Of a DNA stretch of 64,000 bases, positions 41,187-54,123 are shown piece after piece. The stretch covers positions 930,001 through 994,000 of the forward strand of contig AP026126.1 of assembly GCA_030295235.1 (NCBI GenBank), given 5' to 3'. The notes beneath the pieces are model-generated. The model was not told where the DNA came from. It saw only the letters and a list, made by a program, of their open reading frames with translations, and searched no databases. How positions within the stretch are numbered: position 1 is the first letter of the stretch; each line of letters opens with the position of its first letter. The stretch is from Fistulifera solaris (lineage: Eukaryota). The position numbers were made by a program, and so were the translations under genes.

Positions 41187-42151
41187 ATGAAGAAAGAACG
41201 AGATCCGAAGAAAACTTTATCGGCAGCCGCAAGTGCTTTACAATCGATTGCCAAACCAGCGGTTCAGTTTCTCACATTTGTGATTCCGCACGTCATCCTT
41301 TTATCGAAAGCGGCCTACAATTACTACGAAAGGCTACCTCAGAATGCGTTGCTTTTCATTTACGGATTTGTGATCTGCTTTTTCGGGGGGACTTTCCCGG
41401 TTCTTTTGCGGCTCTTCAAGCAGCGGAACACTCGGGAAGGAATGCTGTCGTGCTAGCCGTATCTGACTTGGCGAATGAAGCTATTGTGATCATCGAAGAG
41501 TCTAAAAAAGACGATGACAAGGACGAAGATAAAGATGGAAAAAGAGACGTGGATCAGATTTCCAACTCAGAATTCATAGCACGCAAAACGAAGCTTGTAT
41601 TAGCGAAAATGAACCCCGAAAAAGTTGACAATGCTATATCATCCATCTACAGAGTTTGGCTGGCCGTTGCTGCAGTCTTGATGATTGAGTTTGCTCAAAC
41701 TATTTCAATGGCCATGTCAATCTCTGACTTTCTGAAGAAACCAATTGATCGTTTCCTTGCGCCCACAGTACGAATGGCTGTCCCTGATCAGTATCACAAA
41801 TGGGTTCCAGTCGTTCTGGGTTGGACTGCAAAAGCCATCGCCATTGCAATCGCCTTTACCATCGACTCTGTTATATCCGGATTCGCATCAGCGCTCAAGG
41901 GTGGTCTTATGATGGCACAAGCTACCTATCAGTTTCTGGTTTTCCGTGATATCAAATTGGGTGGTCTTGTTAAATCCCCGGATCACAACGAGTCGAACTT
42001 GGACGAAGGATTATCGTATGTCTTTGCCGGGTTGGGATTCTTCTTTCAGCTCAGATTGGGTTTCTCGCTACCATTTCCGCTTAACTTTCTTCTATTCCCA
42101 TTTAGGTTTGCGGAGAACTGGATCAAATGGTCTCTTATCAAGAACTCCTAA
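41187..42151 (+). CDS. Hypothetical multi-pass membrane protein with acidic EF-hand-like loop
   Basis: ORFs 41052..41456 and 41450..42151 join by a frameshift near 41390-41410; several hydrophobic helices; DDDKDEDKDGKRDVDQI loop. Start uncertain. Confidence 0.75.
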
Positions 42152-42248
42152 GTTTACTACGGCTCATTCATTTCATTGTGTTGTATCTCTTTAAATCTAG
42201 CTTTCCTATCTTTGCTCTACTCTCTACATCACTGTTTACACGGTGTTC

Positions 42249-43878
42249 CTACGGTTTATAGTCAGAGGGCATCTCGCCGCAATCGGCAATGATAACGTCG
42301 ACATCGGGCTTATCGCTCGCACCCGTCTTCACATTCTCCATCTTGCGAACAATATCCAAACCCTCGACAACGTGGCCGAAAACAACATGCTTGCCATCAA
42401 GGTGTGGCGTGTCACGGCAAGTAATAAAGAATTGTGATCCGTTTGTGTTAGGTCCGGCTGCACTCAGAAGCAAAGCGGTGATTCGAAATATTGAATGGTT
42501 AGTTAAGTGCAAGCATTTTGATACAAAGCAATGACAATAAAGACTTACAGTTTGCCATCGACAAAAGACCTTCTTTTGTATGCTTGATGGAAAAGTTCTC
42601 ATCTTTCTGCACAGCTGGTAATGCTGCCTCTCCACCGGTTCCGTCGCCATTTGTAAAATCTCCTCTGTGGACGGGTACAACACGACGCTGGTGAGCAAAC
42701 GGACGGAAAAAGAAACAATGCTTGGTCAGATGCATGCGTAACGTACCCTTGCAACATGAAGTCTTTGATGATTCGATGAAATGTGCACCCTTTGTAATGA
42801 AGAGGTTTTCCCATTTTGCCTTCTCCCTTCTCTCCGGTACACAACAAACGGAAGTTTTCGGCCGTCGTTGGCGTGATATCCTTATAGAGCTGCATAACGA
42901 TGCGACCCAGGTCCTCGTCACCGTGCTTGATTTGAAAGTACACATGGGGATTATCGCCTTTCGCATTTGGCACAATCAGGCCTTTTTGTCTCCGTACATA
43001 TCCACTTTGCCCAAAAAACCTCCAAACGCCGCTTTCTCTCTCTTTTTGTTTTCAACAATAGCTTCTTTCAGCTGCGCCAACGCCTTGCGAATGTCCTTGC
43101 TATTCTCATCGACTTCATAAGCCGCCATCAAATCTGCCTTAGCTTCCTTCAACAGCCCCATGTTCATACGAGCCAAGCCACGACGGTAAAGAGCTTTCAC
43201 ATTCTTGGCTTCCGAGTCGATTTCCAGCACCGAGCTACTCGCTCGGACTGCTTCGGGCCAATCCTTGGTCTTGATGTAGCACATGGCCGCATTCGACCAG
43301 CAGCTGACATACAATTCTCGCTCCTCTTCCGGCACGGCATTACCCGATATCCCCTCATCTACCGAATAATTAGCAGCATCCTCGTATTTGCTGACAGCCT
43401 CCGAGAATTTCTTTTGTTGAAACAAGTCGGTACCCTCCGTTTTGAGTTTTTTCGCTCGAACGAGTCGTTCTTCTGGAGTCATCTCCCACTTTTCTTTCTG
43501 TTTTTCGTTGAAGCCAAGTAATTCGACTTCGAAATGAAGAGTTGCATTGGGAGGGATCTTCGGTGGACTACCGCCATCGCCGTAACCGTACTCGGGCGTA
43601 ATTTCGAGCATCGCCTTTTCTCCGACTTTCATGGAAGCAAATCCTTCATCCCATCCTCTAATCACCATACCCTGACCAATTGTAAACTTGAACGGGACGC
43701 CTCGATCCAGACTGCTATCAAACTTGGATCCATCTTTGGCGAGAGTCCCCGTGTAGTGGGCCGTCACTTCGTAGCCTTCCGGGGGAGGTCCTTCGGCCGA
43801 TTCGGGGGCGGCTTGAAGGATTTTTTTCTTGACTCCTCCGTCTTGCTTTTTCGAGACATCAATCCACTCGTCGGACAT
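42249..43878 (-). CDS. FCBP: Dual-family immunophilin: FKBP - TPR - cyclophilin fusion
   Basis: FKBP ([45 protein letters not shown]), TPRs (KALYRRGLA), cyclophilin ([39 protein letters not shown]); junction split by a 1-nt frameshift at the T-run near 42982-42987; two introns in the cyclophilin part. Confidence 0.88.
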
Positions 43879-43952
43879 GTTAGATACTTTGTCTTTTTTT
43901 CTTTTTGATGATAAGGAAAGGATTGGAAACAATGAAATGGAATCGAATGTGT

Positions 43953-43984
43953 AAATGAAATGAAATGAAATGAAATGAAATGAA
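43953..43984. repeat. (AAATG)6 pentanucleotide microsatellite
   Basis: Visible run upstream of the FKBP gene ATG. Confidence 0.9.
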
Positions 43985-44276
43985 GGAAGACGAGCGAAAA
44001 TGCGGACGAATGCTTGAAAGGCTCGTTTGTCTGTGTCGCAGAGTACCCTGTACACGAATCCAAATGATACACGTGGAATAAATTAATGAGAAGAAAGCAA
44101 ACGTACGAATGACAAACCCTCTCTCTAGAGAGACAAAAAAATTGGTCGCGGCCATCAACGCGATAAACAGAGGTGCAACTCCCTGTTTGTAAACCATATT
44201 GCGTTCCATTTTTCTTTTGAAAACAATGAATGGATACGAACACCCTTTGTTAAATTGATGACATTTCTTCTGTCAA

Positions 44277-47200
44277 ATGAAACACTTTACAATTGTTTTG
44301 TTCTTGATGGCTCACCAATGCCGTTTCTTCAAACGAACGTCTCCTACGGTGGTGCTTGCATTTCGAGTCGGAATTTCGCCCAATCGAAACCGCTGCATTC
44401 GAACGGACAGCTTGAGAAGAACCTTTTCCCGCAATCAACTGCTTCCAATCTATACAATATCGAATACTATTTTACATAACCAGCTGTCAACCACAGCTGA
44501 TGATACAACACAACAACCTCCGTATTTAGTTGGCTTGAATCCGAGTCAGATCGAAGCCGTCACACAACCATCGCAAACCATCACACGGGTGATTGCGGGA
44601 CCCGGTTCAGGGAAAACGCGCGTATTGACATGTCGCATTGTTCATTTACTGCAACAAGATCCGCGAATACGCATTCTTGGAGTTACCTTTACGAAAAAAG
44701 CAGCAGGTGAAATGCAAAAACGTGTCGAAAGCTTACTAAGAGAACAAGATGCCATGCATCATGATCCCTACGGGGACATGAATAGTTTTTTAGTTCAAAC
44801 GGAAGATTCCACCGGCGACCCATCGTACAGTGCACCTCCGCGAGATTTACATCGAGTCTCCCTGGGCACATTTCATTCCATCTGTTCCAAAATTTTGCGA
44901 TGGAATGGTGCCTTGCTCTCCGGCCTGCCATCAGTGGCGTTTGACATGCAATATTCACAAAATGCAACACAACTTGATCAAAATTTTGCCATTATTGATC
45001 AATCGGATCAGGTCCGTATTATTCGGGAGTTGATGAACGCGAAAAAGGGGGACATCTCCGAGGAAATAAAACCCTTGGTTATTCTGACTGCCATTGCACA
45101 AATCAAGCAACAACTAGCACAAGGAGAGAATCCATTCGCATCAGGTGGTCGAAATAAGGACAAACCGCCCTCTTTTGTTTCCAAGCTGGCATTGGAATTC
45201 TATCCCAAGTATCGTGAAGAATTGCTTGCCACCAACTGTCTTGACTTCGATGATCTCATTTACATGACGAGAGAGTTGCTTATGGAGTATCCCCATATAC
45301 GAGCCCAGTTACATCAACGGTGGTCTCATATTCTTGTGGATGAGTTTCAAGATACCTCGCGTATTCAAATGGATTTGGTCAAGCTGCTCACGTCGGGCAG
45401 TCTTTTAGTCGTTGGGGATGCTGATCAATCAATTTACTCGTGGCGAGGCGCTCATGCTTCTAGCTTGATGGACTTTGAAGAAGAACTGGAAGGGCATCCA
45501 TCAGGGAAGATGAAGACAGTGTATCTGATGGAGAACTATCGAAGCACATCTAATATCGTCAAAGCTGCTCAGAAAGTAATATCTAGCTCTCAAGAAAGTA
45601 AATCAAAATCAGCAGCCGATAAGATACGACAGGAAATGAAACCTAAGCGTGGATCTGGTCCATCTCCTAGGGTAGTTGCATGTGCAGATGCTAAAGCAGA
45701 AGGTATGTGTTTTTATGTACATGACACCTATTGCAGTGGGACTTCATATCATTCTTATCCTTCACTTTAGCCGAATTTGTCGTTGATATTATCAAGGAGC
45801 GACTAAGGAGTGGAGATTGTGACTCGACGAAAGATGTGGCGTTGATTTACAGAACAAATGCTCAATCTCGTGCACTTGAAGAAGCGTGCGTCAAAGCGTC
45901 TTTGCCCTACGTCATTTTTGGTTCAGCCACCAGCTTCTACAAACGGCAAGAGATAAAGGATACACTTTGTTTTCTTCGTTGGATCAATAATGGGTATGAC
46001 AAATCGTCTATGCTTCGAGCAATGGTAACTCCCAAACGTGGGATTGGAGATGCTGCTTTGAATGAATTTGATGCTTTTTGCTCGGAATCGCAAATTCAAT
46101 GGAAGGACAAATCGACCGATCCAGGGCCCTCGCCCCTTGACGTTCTCCTTTCGCTGTCTGGGCCTACCAGGTTTGACGAAAAGATGTTTTTTGATCCGAC
46201 GGGTATCCTTTCAAGTCGGTCTTTGAAACCTTTGAGTGCGTTTTCGCAGCAAATTCGATCAATATGCGATGAAGCAAGGCGGAAACCGGTTGAAAAATTG
46301 CTTGCCATAATTGAATCTGAGCTCAAACTATTTGAGCACTTTGATAAGATATCCAAATCGAAAAGTGAGTTTTTGGAGCGAAAAGCAAATTTTGAAGAAT
46401 TGCAGAACGCAGCAAGAAAGTATACAGACGAAGGCCCTGCACTTGGCAAGCCTAACGGCGAAGCGAATGATAGTGAGCTTAGTACACCCCTGGGAAATTT
46501 TTTGGACGATGTTGCCCTCGTCACCGATGTTCTTGACGCTGCAAAGGACGGTGATAACGATTCTTTTGTTGTGAAGCTAATGACGATTCACGCGAGCAAA
46601 GGTATGGAGTTTGAAACCGTTTTTCTCGTCGGTAACGAAGACGGGACACTCCCCACCGCACAGGTAAGTTGACTGCATTACATAAGTTGCTCGTTTACGT
46701 TGCTAACCAGATTGTATCACAATCAGGCCATCTTAGAAGGCGAGGGCTCCGTGCAGCTGGAGGAAGAGAAGCGTCTCTGCTACGTAGCTATGACACGTGC
46801 CAAAACAGAGCTTCTGATGACTTGGAGAAAAGAGGTACCAATATTTACTAAAGAAGGGATACGCACAGTGAAGAAAACTAGAAGTCGATTTTTGGATGTT
46901 CTCGTCAAGAAGGCAGATTCCGAAGCAGTCAAAGGAGAAAAGGGGGAACGAAACAATGAGAAGAAAGCGACGGGGACATCGCATGTCTTTCAGAAGAAGT
47001 CGTCGGCTTCAGACCCAATTACACTGGGTCAGGGCCGCCGACAGTATTCGACGTTTCAGTCGGCACAAGCTAAATCGCGGCAGGCCCTGAATAGTAGCCA
47101 ACGAAGCAGAAAGTTGTACGACTTTGATTCCAGACTACCCTCTAGGAGACCAGCATCCACTGAACCATCTGCAGCTCGCAAAACTTCACATACAGTTACA

Positions 47201-47848
47201 GCAACCATGCCGTCTAATGATCAATCTAAGAGTTTCAAATCGGCGCCAGCCACCGAAAGCAGCGCGGCTGCGTTTAAGCGAGAGAGGTCGTTGTATGACT
47301 TTGATGCAAGACTTCCCCCTCGAAGCTTACCAAATAATGAACCATTTGCCGTTCGCAAACCCTTGTATAATGTCACAGCAACGCTCCCGTCTACCGACCA
47401 GTTTGCCGCTTACCGTTCGGAGCCTAAAAGCAGCGCAACGAATCCTGATCAACCGTATACAATGAAGGCAGCGTCAAGTCCGCTGCCAATTCGACCAATT
47501 TCAACACAGAAACGAACAGGTATCAAAAGCAACGAGTCGGGTCGATCTCTACAAATATATAACGAGCTTCACAAGAATGAACCCACGAACAAGGACACTA
47601 AGGTCACCTCCATGCCTTCGCCACCCAACTCCAAGGCATTCGAAAAGAATAGAGAGCCTAAAACTATGGATTCTACATGGTTTTACCCTGTTGGTTCCGT
47701 TGTGAGACACAAAACATTCGGTAGAGGTGTTGTTGTTCAGCCTGGGCAGTCCACTGAGCAGAAGCTGAATGTATTCGTCCACTTCGACAATGGCGAGAAA
47801 AAGGAATTTTGTGCTACGGGGAATGAAATCTCATTGTCTCTGTCATGA
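44277..47848 (+). CDS. uvrD: UvrD/PcrA-family SF1 DNA helicase, probably organelle-targeted
   Basis: AGPGSGKT, TFTKKAA, TFHS, LVDEFQDTS, VGDADQSIYSWRGA, ENYRST, YRTNAQSR, TIHASKGMEF, EEKRLCYVAMTRAK; C-terminal Tudor-like VRHKTFGRGVV; two introns (about 45703-45770 and 46664-46727). Confidence 0.93.
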
Positions 47849-47953
47849 CGTACTGAGTTGGGTAGTACAGCGATGGATGATTGCATTACGAAACATCTCG
47901 CACGAGTCAAGTAAACTCGACTAGAAGAATCAATACCATCGTGGGGTCCTTAA

Positions 47954-48358
47954 TTAGTTTATCTTTTCTAATTCTCGACGAAACCTACGAAAAACGGAGC
48001 TCTGTAAATACCTTTGTAATCGACGTGTTTTCCAGTCCTTGCTTTCTTTATTATTATCAGAATGACGCGATTTATGCGGTGTTTCCTTTTCCAGTGGCTG
48101 ATTCTGTCGCGACATGTCAATAATCTCGACACGCCCAGCAACAGCTTGTGGCTGCCGAACCACGTGCTGTGCTTGATAACCTTTTCCAACTTCAAAGTTT
48201 TGAAACTGCCGCAAATCGACCGCCGTGGGGGCACTAGAAACGAGTGGACGAGACTTAGTATCCATTTCATGATCACTTCTCCACCCCTTCGTCTCCAACA
48301 CTCCCTTTGATAAATGCGGACACCCGTTGGCAGAACTTTGCGACTCTGTATCGCTCAT
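47954..48358 (-). CDS. Hypothetical protein, 134 aa
   Basis: ATG-started ORF preceded by an A-rich leader, convergent with the helicase; no recognisable motif. Confidence 0.5.
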   Translation of the reverse strand: MSDTESQSSANGCPHLSKGVLETKGWRSDHEMDTKSRPLVSSAPTAVDLRQFQNFEVGKGYQAQHVVRQPQAVAGRVEIIDMSRQNQPLEKETPHKSRHSDNNKESKDWKTRRLQRYLQSSVFRRFRRELEKIN

Positions 48359-49253
48359 CCTTTATTATTTTTTACTTCGTTCGCTTCCCCTAACTTGATT
48401 GTCTCAGCTATTCATCTTATTATTTGTTAATCCGTATACCCTACCGGTATGCACTATGCACGCGATCTCAAACGATCGCTATGTCGATCGTGAAATTATG
48501 CATTCACGACTGAAAATGCAGTCGTGCTAGGCTTCCGTGTACGCGTACTGGTACTTGTGCTTGGGAGAGGCCAACTGGTAGGGACCGGGCTGGTAACATT
48601 TTCGCCGATAACAATCGCTGTTTTCATGGCCTTGATGTCAAAGATAACAAAATAACTGTCGAGGATTTACAGTTAGTATATCTTTTAAGAACACGCGAAG
48701 TTAAGTGAGCATATTAGACGCATAATATCTCAATCGCATACGTGATACACCTCTATCTCAACTCCTGACTGACGTGCAGTCGTGGTTCATTTGAAAGTAC
48801 ACCTGGGGCTATAGTAAATGTTCTTGAAACCGACCTGACAATTTTTCACCAAAATTATCGACTTAAACATTGCCAATGATACTGCTTTTGAAAAGCTGTT
48901 GCGTTCACAGTTGTTAGCAAACTAGAGATGCTCTTTAGAGAAAGAAGGGATGATAAAATTGGCACAAGAAGTCACAGAACGAACATCGTCCGTCGTCCGC
49001 CTACTGTCCTCATCACCTTCGCGTTAGTAGAAAAACAGTTCACCTTTGTAACGGTATGCAAAACATAGATATGAAACGTGAAGCTGAGTAAAGTTGACTG
49101 TTCACGCACTTGCGTACAGTTTCTCATTTAGAGCACTACGTATTGTGATGATGGAAATGCACGCAGTTAGCGGTTGTCGGCATTTTTCGGTTTCGGCACG
49201 ACATAAAGTCATTTGTCGTTCTACTCGAAGGTTGTTAATTGTGAGAGAAGACC

Positions 49254-50367
49254 ATGAAGCTTACGAAAGAGCTTGTACCCGCAGAGATCCTGCAAGAGAT
49301 CTTTGACTCTCCTATTCCTTACCGCGATGCAGCGGAAGAGAAATTGACCAAGGTAAGATTTGTGAAGCTTTGACCATTCGTCCGTCGGGTCATGATGTTG
49401 ATCGTCATTCGATTTCCTGATTCTCTTATTTACAAATAACAGGACTTGTTCGGAACTCTTTCGCCGGAAGATGTGGAAATGGCAGCTCAGGGCTCTTATG
49501 CATATTGGGTCGCTAAACACTCTTCCAATCCGCCAACAGAGGAGCAGAAGATTAAGATGGCCATGCGCGAAGCTCGGCGCCATATCTACGGAGTCAAATA
49601 CCCCGATGCCGTCAAGAACATTAAGGAAACATGCAAATACCGCAGGGTAAGTCTTGTTGAATGCAAAATCGATTCGTAACCGAGTGATCCTAACTTTTGT
49701 CTGTTTTCCAATTTAGGAGCGAAACATTTCGCTTTATCGAGCTTGCTTTGCGGATGGCGCTGAGTTCGAAACCGAGGAAGAGGCCCAATTCGTTGAGAAA
49801 CTGAAAGCATCCATTACATCGGAAATGAAGAAGCAGCTTGCGTACGTACGAGGCAAAGACAAGGAGAACCGGGCTTTGCTAGTCGTTCATCCACGCACGG
49901 ACAAGTCTACCGTAGACGAGGATTTCATTGCCAATCTAATCTTTATCGTTGAGCGAGCTGCCGCTGTAACGGAGTTTTCTTCACGTGGCAAGGAGGAGAA
50001 GCTTATTGTCGTCTTAGACTTCGGTACTTTCAGCTCGTCGTTATCGCCACCGATGAGTGCGGTCAAGGGAATCGTTGGGGTCTTGCAGTCAAAGTATTCG
50101 GAGCGTTTGAAAAACCTTGTTATTTTGGATCCTCCGTTGTGGATGAGAACGCTGTATGGACTTATTAAACCGTTCTTGGACCCTATTACGAAAGCCAAAT
50201 TTATCGTCGCGACGGGCGCCAAAAAGAAGCATGAAGTACTAGCTTCTCTAATTTCAGACGATCAGGCCATGCCCTTTATGCTTCCAAACGGGAAACTCGT
50301 TGGTGATGTGGAGATGGATCGATTCTTGAAAACAGTTCCGTTTCACTGTCTTTACGACGAAGTCTAA
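49254..50367 (+). CDS. CRAL-TRIO (Sec14-like) lipid-binding protein, paralog 1
   Basis: Exon 1 MKLTKELVPAEILQEIFDSP; GKDKENRALL, IVVLDF, LQSKYSERL..LDPPLW..IKPFLDPITKAKF; introns at about 49353 and 49647. Confidence 0.88.
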
Positions 50368-50914
50368 GTCTGCCCAACCGTCTCTCGAATTTCCAGTAAA
50401 TGTCGAGAGGCGGGTCTCAAAGACAAAAGAGATTATGAATAATAGAATGCCTTGTCTCAACATATCTTTCATCTCTTCGTACTCTTAAGCTTTTCTAGTT
50501 AACCCGTATAAGTATAACATCTAGATGAAGTGAATTGAATTGAAAGATTCGTCTGCTAGCCAACGTAGGCGAAAAAGCGTTCACCCGTAATCTACAAAGA
50601 AAGTTACAAAACCTGATGCTTGCTGACGTGTTCGCACCTTTTCCGATGATACGGAAATAGGAAGAATGAGTACCGTATTGGAAGTCCATTATAAAGTACA
50701 ACCAATGTAAATCCACAGACCCAGAACAGAACGACACCCCCGGCGGATGTTGCAAGGATCGATGCCGTTGTTATTTCGATGGCGAAGAGGTCACAACAAT
50801 TTCAGCAGTTGTATCAAACAATATCCTCTTTCTTGGTAAAGCCGCACTCACAAAGGAAGGGGTATAAGTTTGGCGGACGAAGGATTGGGCCTAGCGACTG
50901 GTGGCTTTCTCAAA

Positions 50915-53900
50915 ATGGCCTTCCATCTCGATTTTCTCGGCGTTCCGTCTTTCGCCGTTTCATGGGACGGAAAGATTGAAGCGTGGAACCAAAAGCTTGC
51001 CGCACTTAGTCAATTATCTGGAACTGAAGCGCTTCAATACTGTCTTCCGGACATTCTGGAATCAGACGAAGACCGTCGTCGATGGAAAAATGCATTAGGA
51101 AGATGTTTGGAAGAAAGGAGCCCCCAAAAGTGCACAGTGCACATGAATTGCTGCTCAGATACGTCGCCCTTGACCATTTGTATAGCAAACTACTCCTCAG
51201 GAGACGCTACGGTGGACTTTGCAGTATGTTTTGTTGAAGCCTGCGAAAGTACCGACAATAGTACGTTGGCATTTCACAGACCGAAGGAGAATGATACGTT
51301 GATAGAGTTGGCCGACTCAGATTACTGCACGATTGTCGAAACATCAAACTTTGCAACCATGGGAATAGATACAAACTATTCAATCTTTCTTTGGAATTCA
51401 AAAATGGCGGATATTTCGGAGTTTTCGCGATCAGAAGTCATAGGGAAGAAAATACCCAATACTTTTCTCAAATCACCCCATTTTGAAGAAAGTTGTAAAA
51501 AGGCGTTCGCGGGGGAGACCACATCACCATGCTATCTTGAATTGACAACAAAGTGCGGTAGTTTGCTGCATTTACGGCTGGTCTTTACTGCGTACATGGA
51601 CGAAAGGAATGCGACTCGAGGAGCTATCGTTATGGCGGAAGTTTGTATAGAGGACGCGTACTTTAACTCTGCAGTCGGACTTCGAGCTGAAAGCATTCAG
51701 CAAATAAAGGATGCTGGCACCATCTTAGTATTCGGGGTCGATCGGAATGGGTTGGTGGATGAGTGGAACACTGCTATGGCAAATGCAACCGGCTTTGAAA
51801 TGAATGACGCTTTGAACAAGAAGTTCATCGAGGCTTTCATACCCGAGGTCAAAAGAGAGTCAATACAACTTGTACAAAACGAAACTTTGCTTGGAAAAGG
51901 AACTTCAAACTACAAGCTTGACGTTATGACTCACAACGGCGAATCGCGACACCTACTTGTTTCGTCGGCGCCCCGTCTGAGTCAGAACAAGCAAGTGTGC
52001 GGGGTATTGTACATAGCACACGACATTACTGTAGTTTTTGACCAAGAATGGGCGGTCGAGGCAATGGAAATTAAATTGAAACGATTGATCGATGACGCGA
52101 ATGCTCCTGTCTTTGGCATTGATTGTGATGGGTAAGTGCTGCGCTGTCAAGTGGGTTATTGTCCTGTTGTCTTCGTCTCACCTAGTTGTGCTTGTCAGTC
52201 TGATAAATGAATGGAACGAGAAAACAGAGGAAATAACCGGATATAAGAGAAAAGAAGTCATTGGCTGCCCTCTTATCGCCTCTTTCATCCCATCAGCCTT
52301 TCAGAACTCAATGAAGGAAGTTCTTGACAATGCTATACAGGGAATAGGCACCACGAATTTTGGAATTGAATTCCGGACAAAATCAAACGAATTGAGACAA
52401 TATATTCTGAATGTTACGACACGGAGAGACCCAGGCAATAATATTGTGGGTGCTGTCATTATCGCTCAAGATATTACCGAGTCAGTGCAACGTGATCGCG
52501 CGGTCGCGGGTATGGCTTTCGAGCTGAGACAAATTATTGACACGGCTAATGCCCCGATCTTTGGAATCGATGTCAATGGAAAAGTTAATGAATGGAACAG
52601 AAGAGCCCAAATTCTTACCGGCTACTCGAAAGAGGAAACGTTTGACGAACCACTGGTCGATCGATTCATCGCACCCTCAATGCAAAAAAAAAGTTCGGGA
52701 AATTTTGTCATCTGCATTACAAGGAAATGAAACATCGAATTATGAACTTGAATTCGTTGCTAAAGACGGAACATCACGATTCTTATTAGTTAATGCGACA
52801 ACAAGAAGAGACCCTGAGCTCAATGTCATCGGAGGTAAGAAAGTGAAAGTTTTGTTCGTGTCTTCGTGCCATAGGACTGAAAAGATGTTTCTATGAAGTT
52901 GTTGGTGTCGCTCAGGATGTTACTGAAGATAGAAAGCAAGCCGCTAAATTACGTGAGATGCAGTATCTTCAAGCAACTCAAGAGGCCAAAGTAGAGACTG
53001 AAAGGAACATGACCGCATATTTTGCTCATGAATTGCGTAACCCGCTCGGGGCTATTGATAGCGCGCTGGCTGCAATGCCAGACGACCTACCTGAATCTGC
53101 ACTGGATCTTGTTTCTGGTATGCGTCTATGTACCAGTTTTATGTCATCAATTATGAATAACTTGCTGGACGTGCGAAAGATGGAAGAAGGTAAAATGACT
53201 TTGTCAAGACAGCTGATTAATCTGCGCAACGTTGCGACTGGCGTTCAGCAAATGCTTTTATCTTCAGTTAAACCTGGCGTTACTTTTAACGTTGTCTATC
53301 AAACTAATGGGAGGTCGTGGGTCATGGGTGATGAGCACCGAATTCAACAAGTGCTCACTAACGTCGTCACAAACGCTATCAAGTACACGGTAACAGGTTC
53401 TATCACTTTGAAAGTTACGTGGGAAGGGAAAAACGTAAGATTTGAAGTGGTGGATACTGGGCCAGGAATCCCAGCCAGTGAGCAGGAAAAACTCTTTCAA
53501 CGTTTTGTGCAAGAGGCGGGGCGCCAGGAACAGGCTTAGGGCTGGCGATTGCAAAACATCTGGTCAATCTAATTGGTGGTTCAATCTGGTTCATAAGCGA
53601 ACCTACAGTTCGGCCGGGAACCACCTGTGTTGTTTTGATGCCACTAGAGGAGTGCGATTCTCCAGTTACCGCGATAAACATTGGCGATATACACAAAATG
53701 ATTTGCGAGCCATTGCGCTTCCTCATTATCGATGATATAAAAATGAATCGGACCATGCTGAAAAGAAGAATATTGAAATGCATCGCACCAAATTCTATCG
53801 TAGAGGAGGCTGCAACGGGGGAAGAAGCCCTCACAATATGCGGAAACAGCAATTTCGATGTGATTATAGTTGACCAGTATATGGAAGAAGCGGGAGGGGT

Positions 53901-54095
53901 CATGGTTGGAACGGATGTTTGCTACGCAATGCGCCGTATGAATATCGAGGCGGTGATGATCGGATGCTCGGGAAATGATCTTGATAAAGAGTTCATGGAA
54001 GCGGGGGCAAATTTTGTTTGGAAAAACCTATGCCAACCAACGACATGATCATTGCAGATCTCAAACAAGCTCTCGGACTCAATCACCACCCATGA
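50915..54095 (+). CDS. Hybrid sensor histidine kinase with about five PAS domains, HisKA, HATPase and receiver
   Basis: Five (G)xD...WN PAS starts; H-box AYFAHELRNPL; QVLTNVVTNAIKYT; DTGPGI; receiver IIDD..IIVDQYM..GCSGN; two introns; homopolymer frameshifts. Confidence 0.93.
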
Positions 54096-54123
54096 TTCTT
54101 CATATGAATAGTCTTTTGGGTTA

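Noticed and set aside
43879..44055. N-terminal extension of the FKBP ORF (FHFISFHFI)
   Set aside because: Translation of the (AAATG)n microsatellite in the upstream region; the real start is likely MSDEW at 43878.
7688..53539. Bacterial contig or recent HGT island (ssb, frr, puuE, aroK, uvrD, histidine kinase)
   Set aside because: These genes carry spliceosomal introns and/or organelle presequences and are interspersed with SF3B2 and Vps34.
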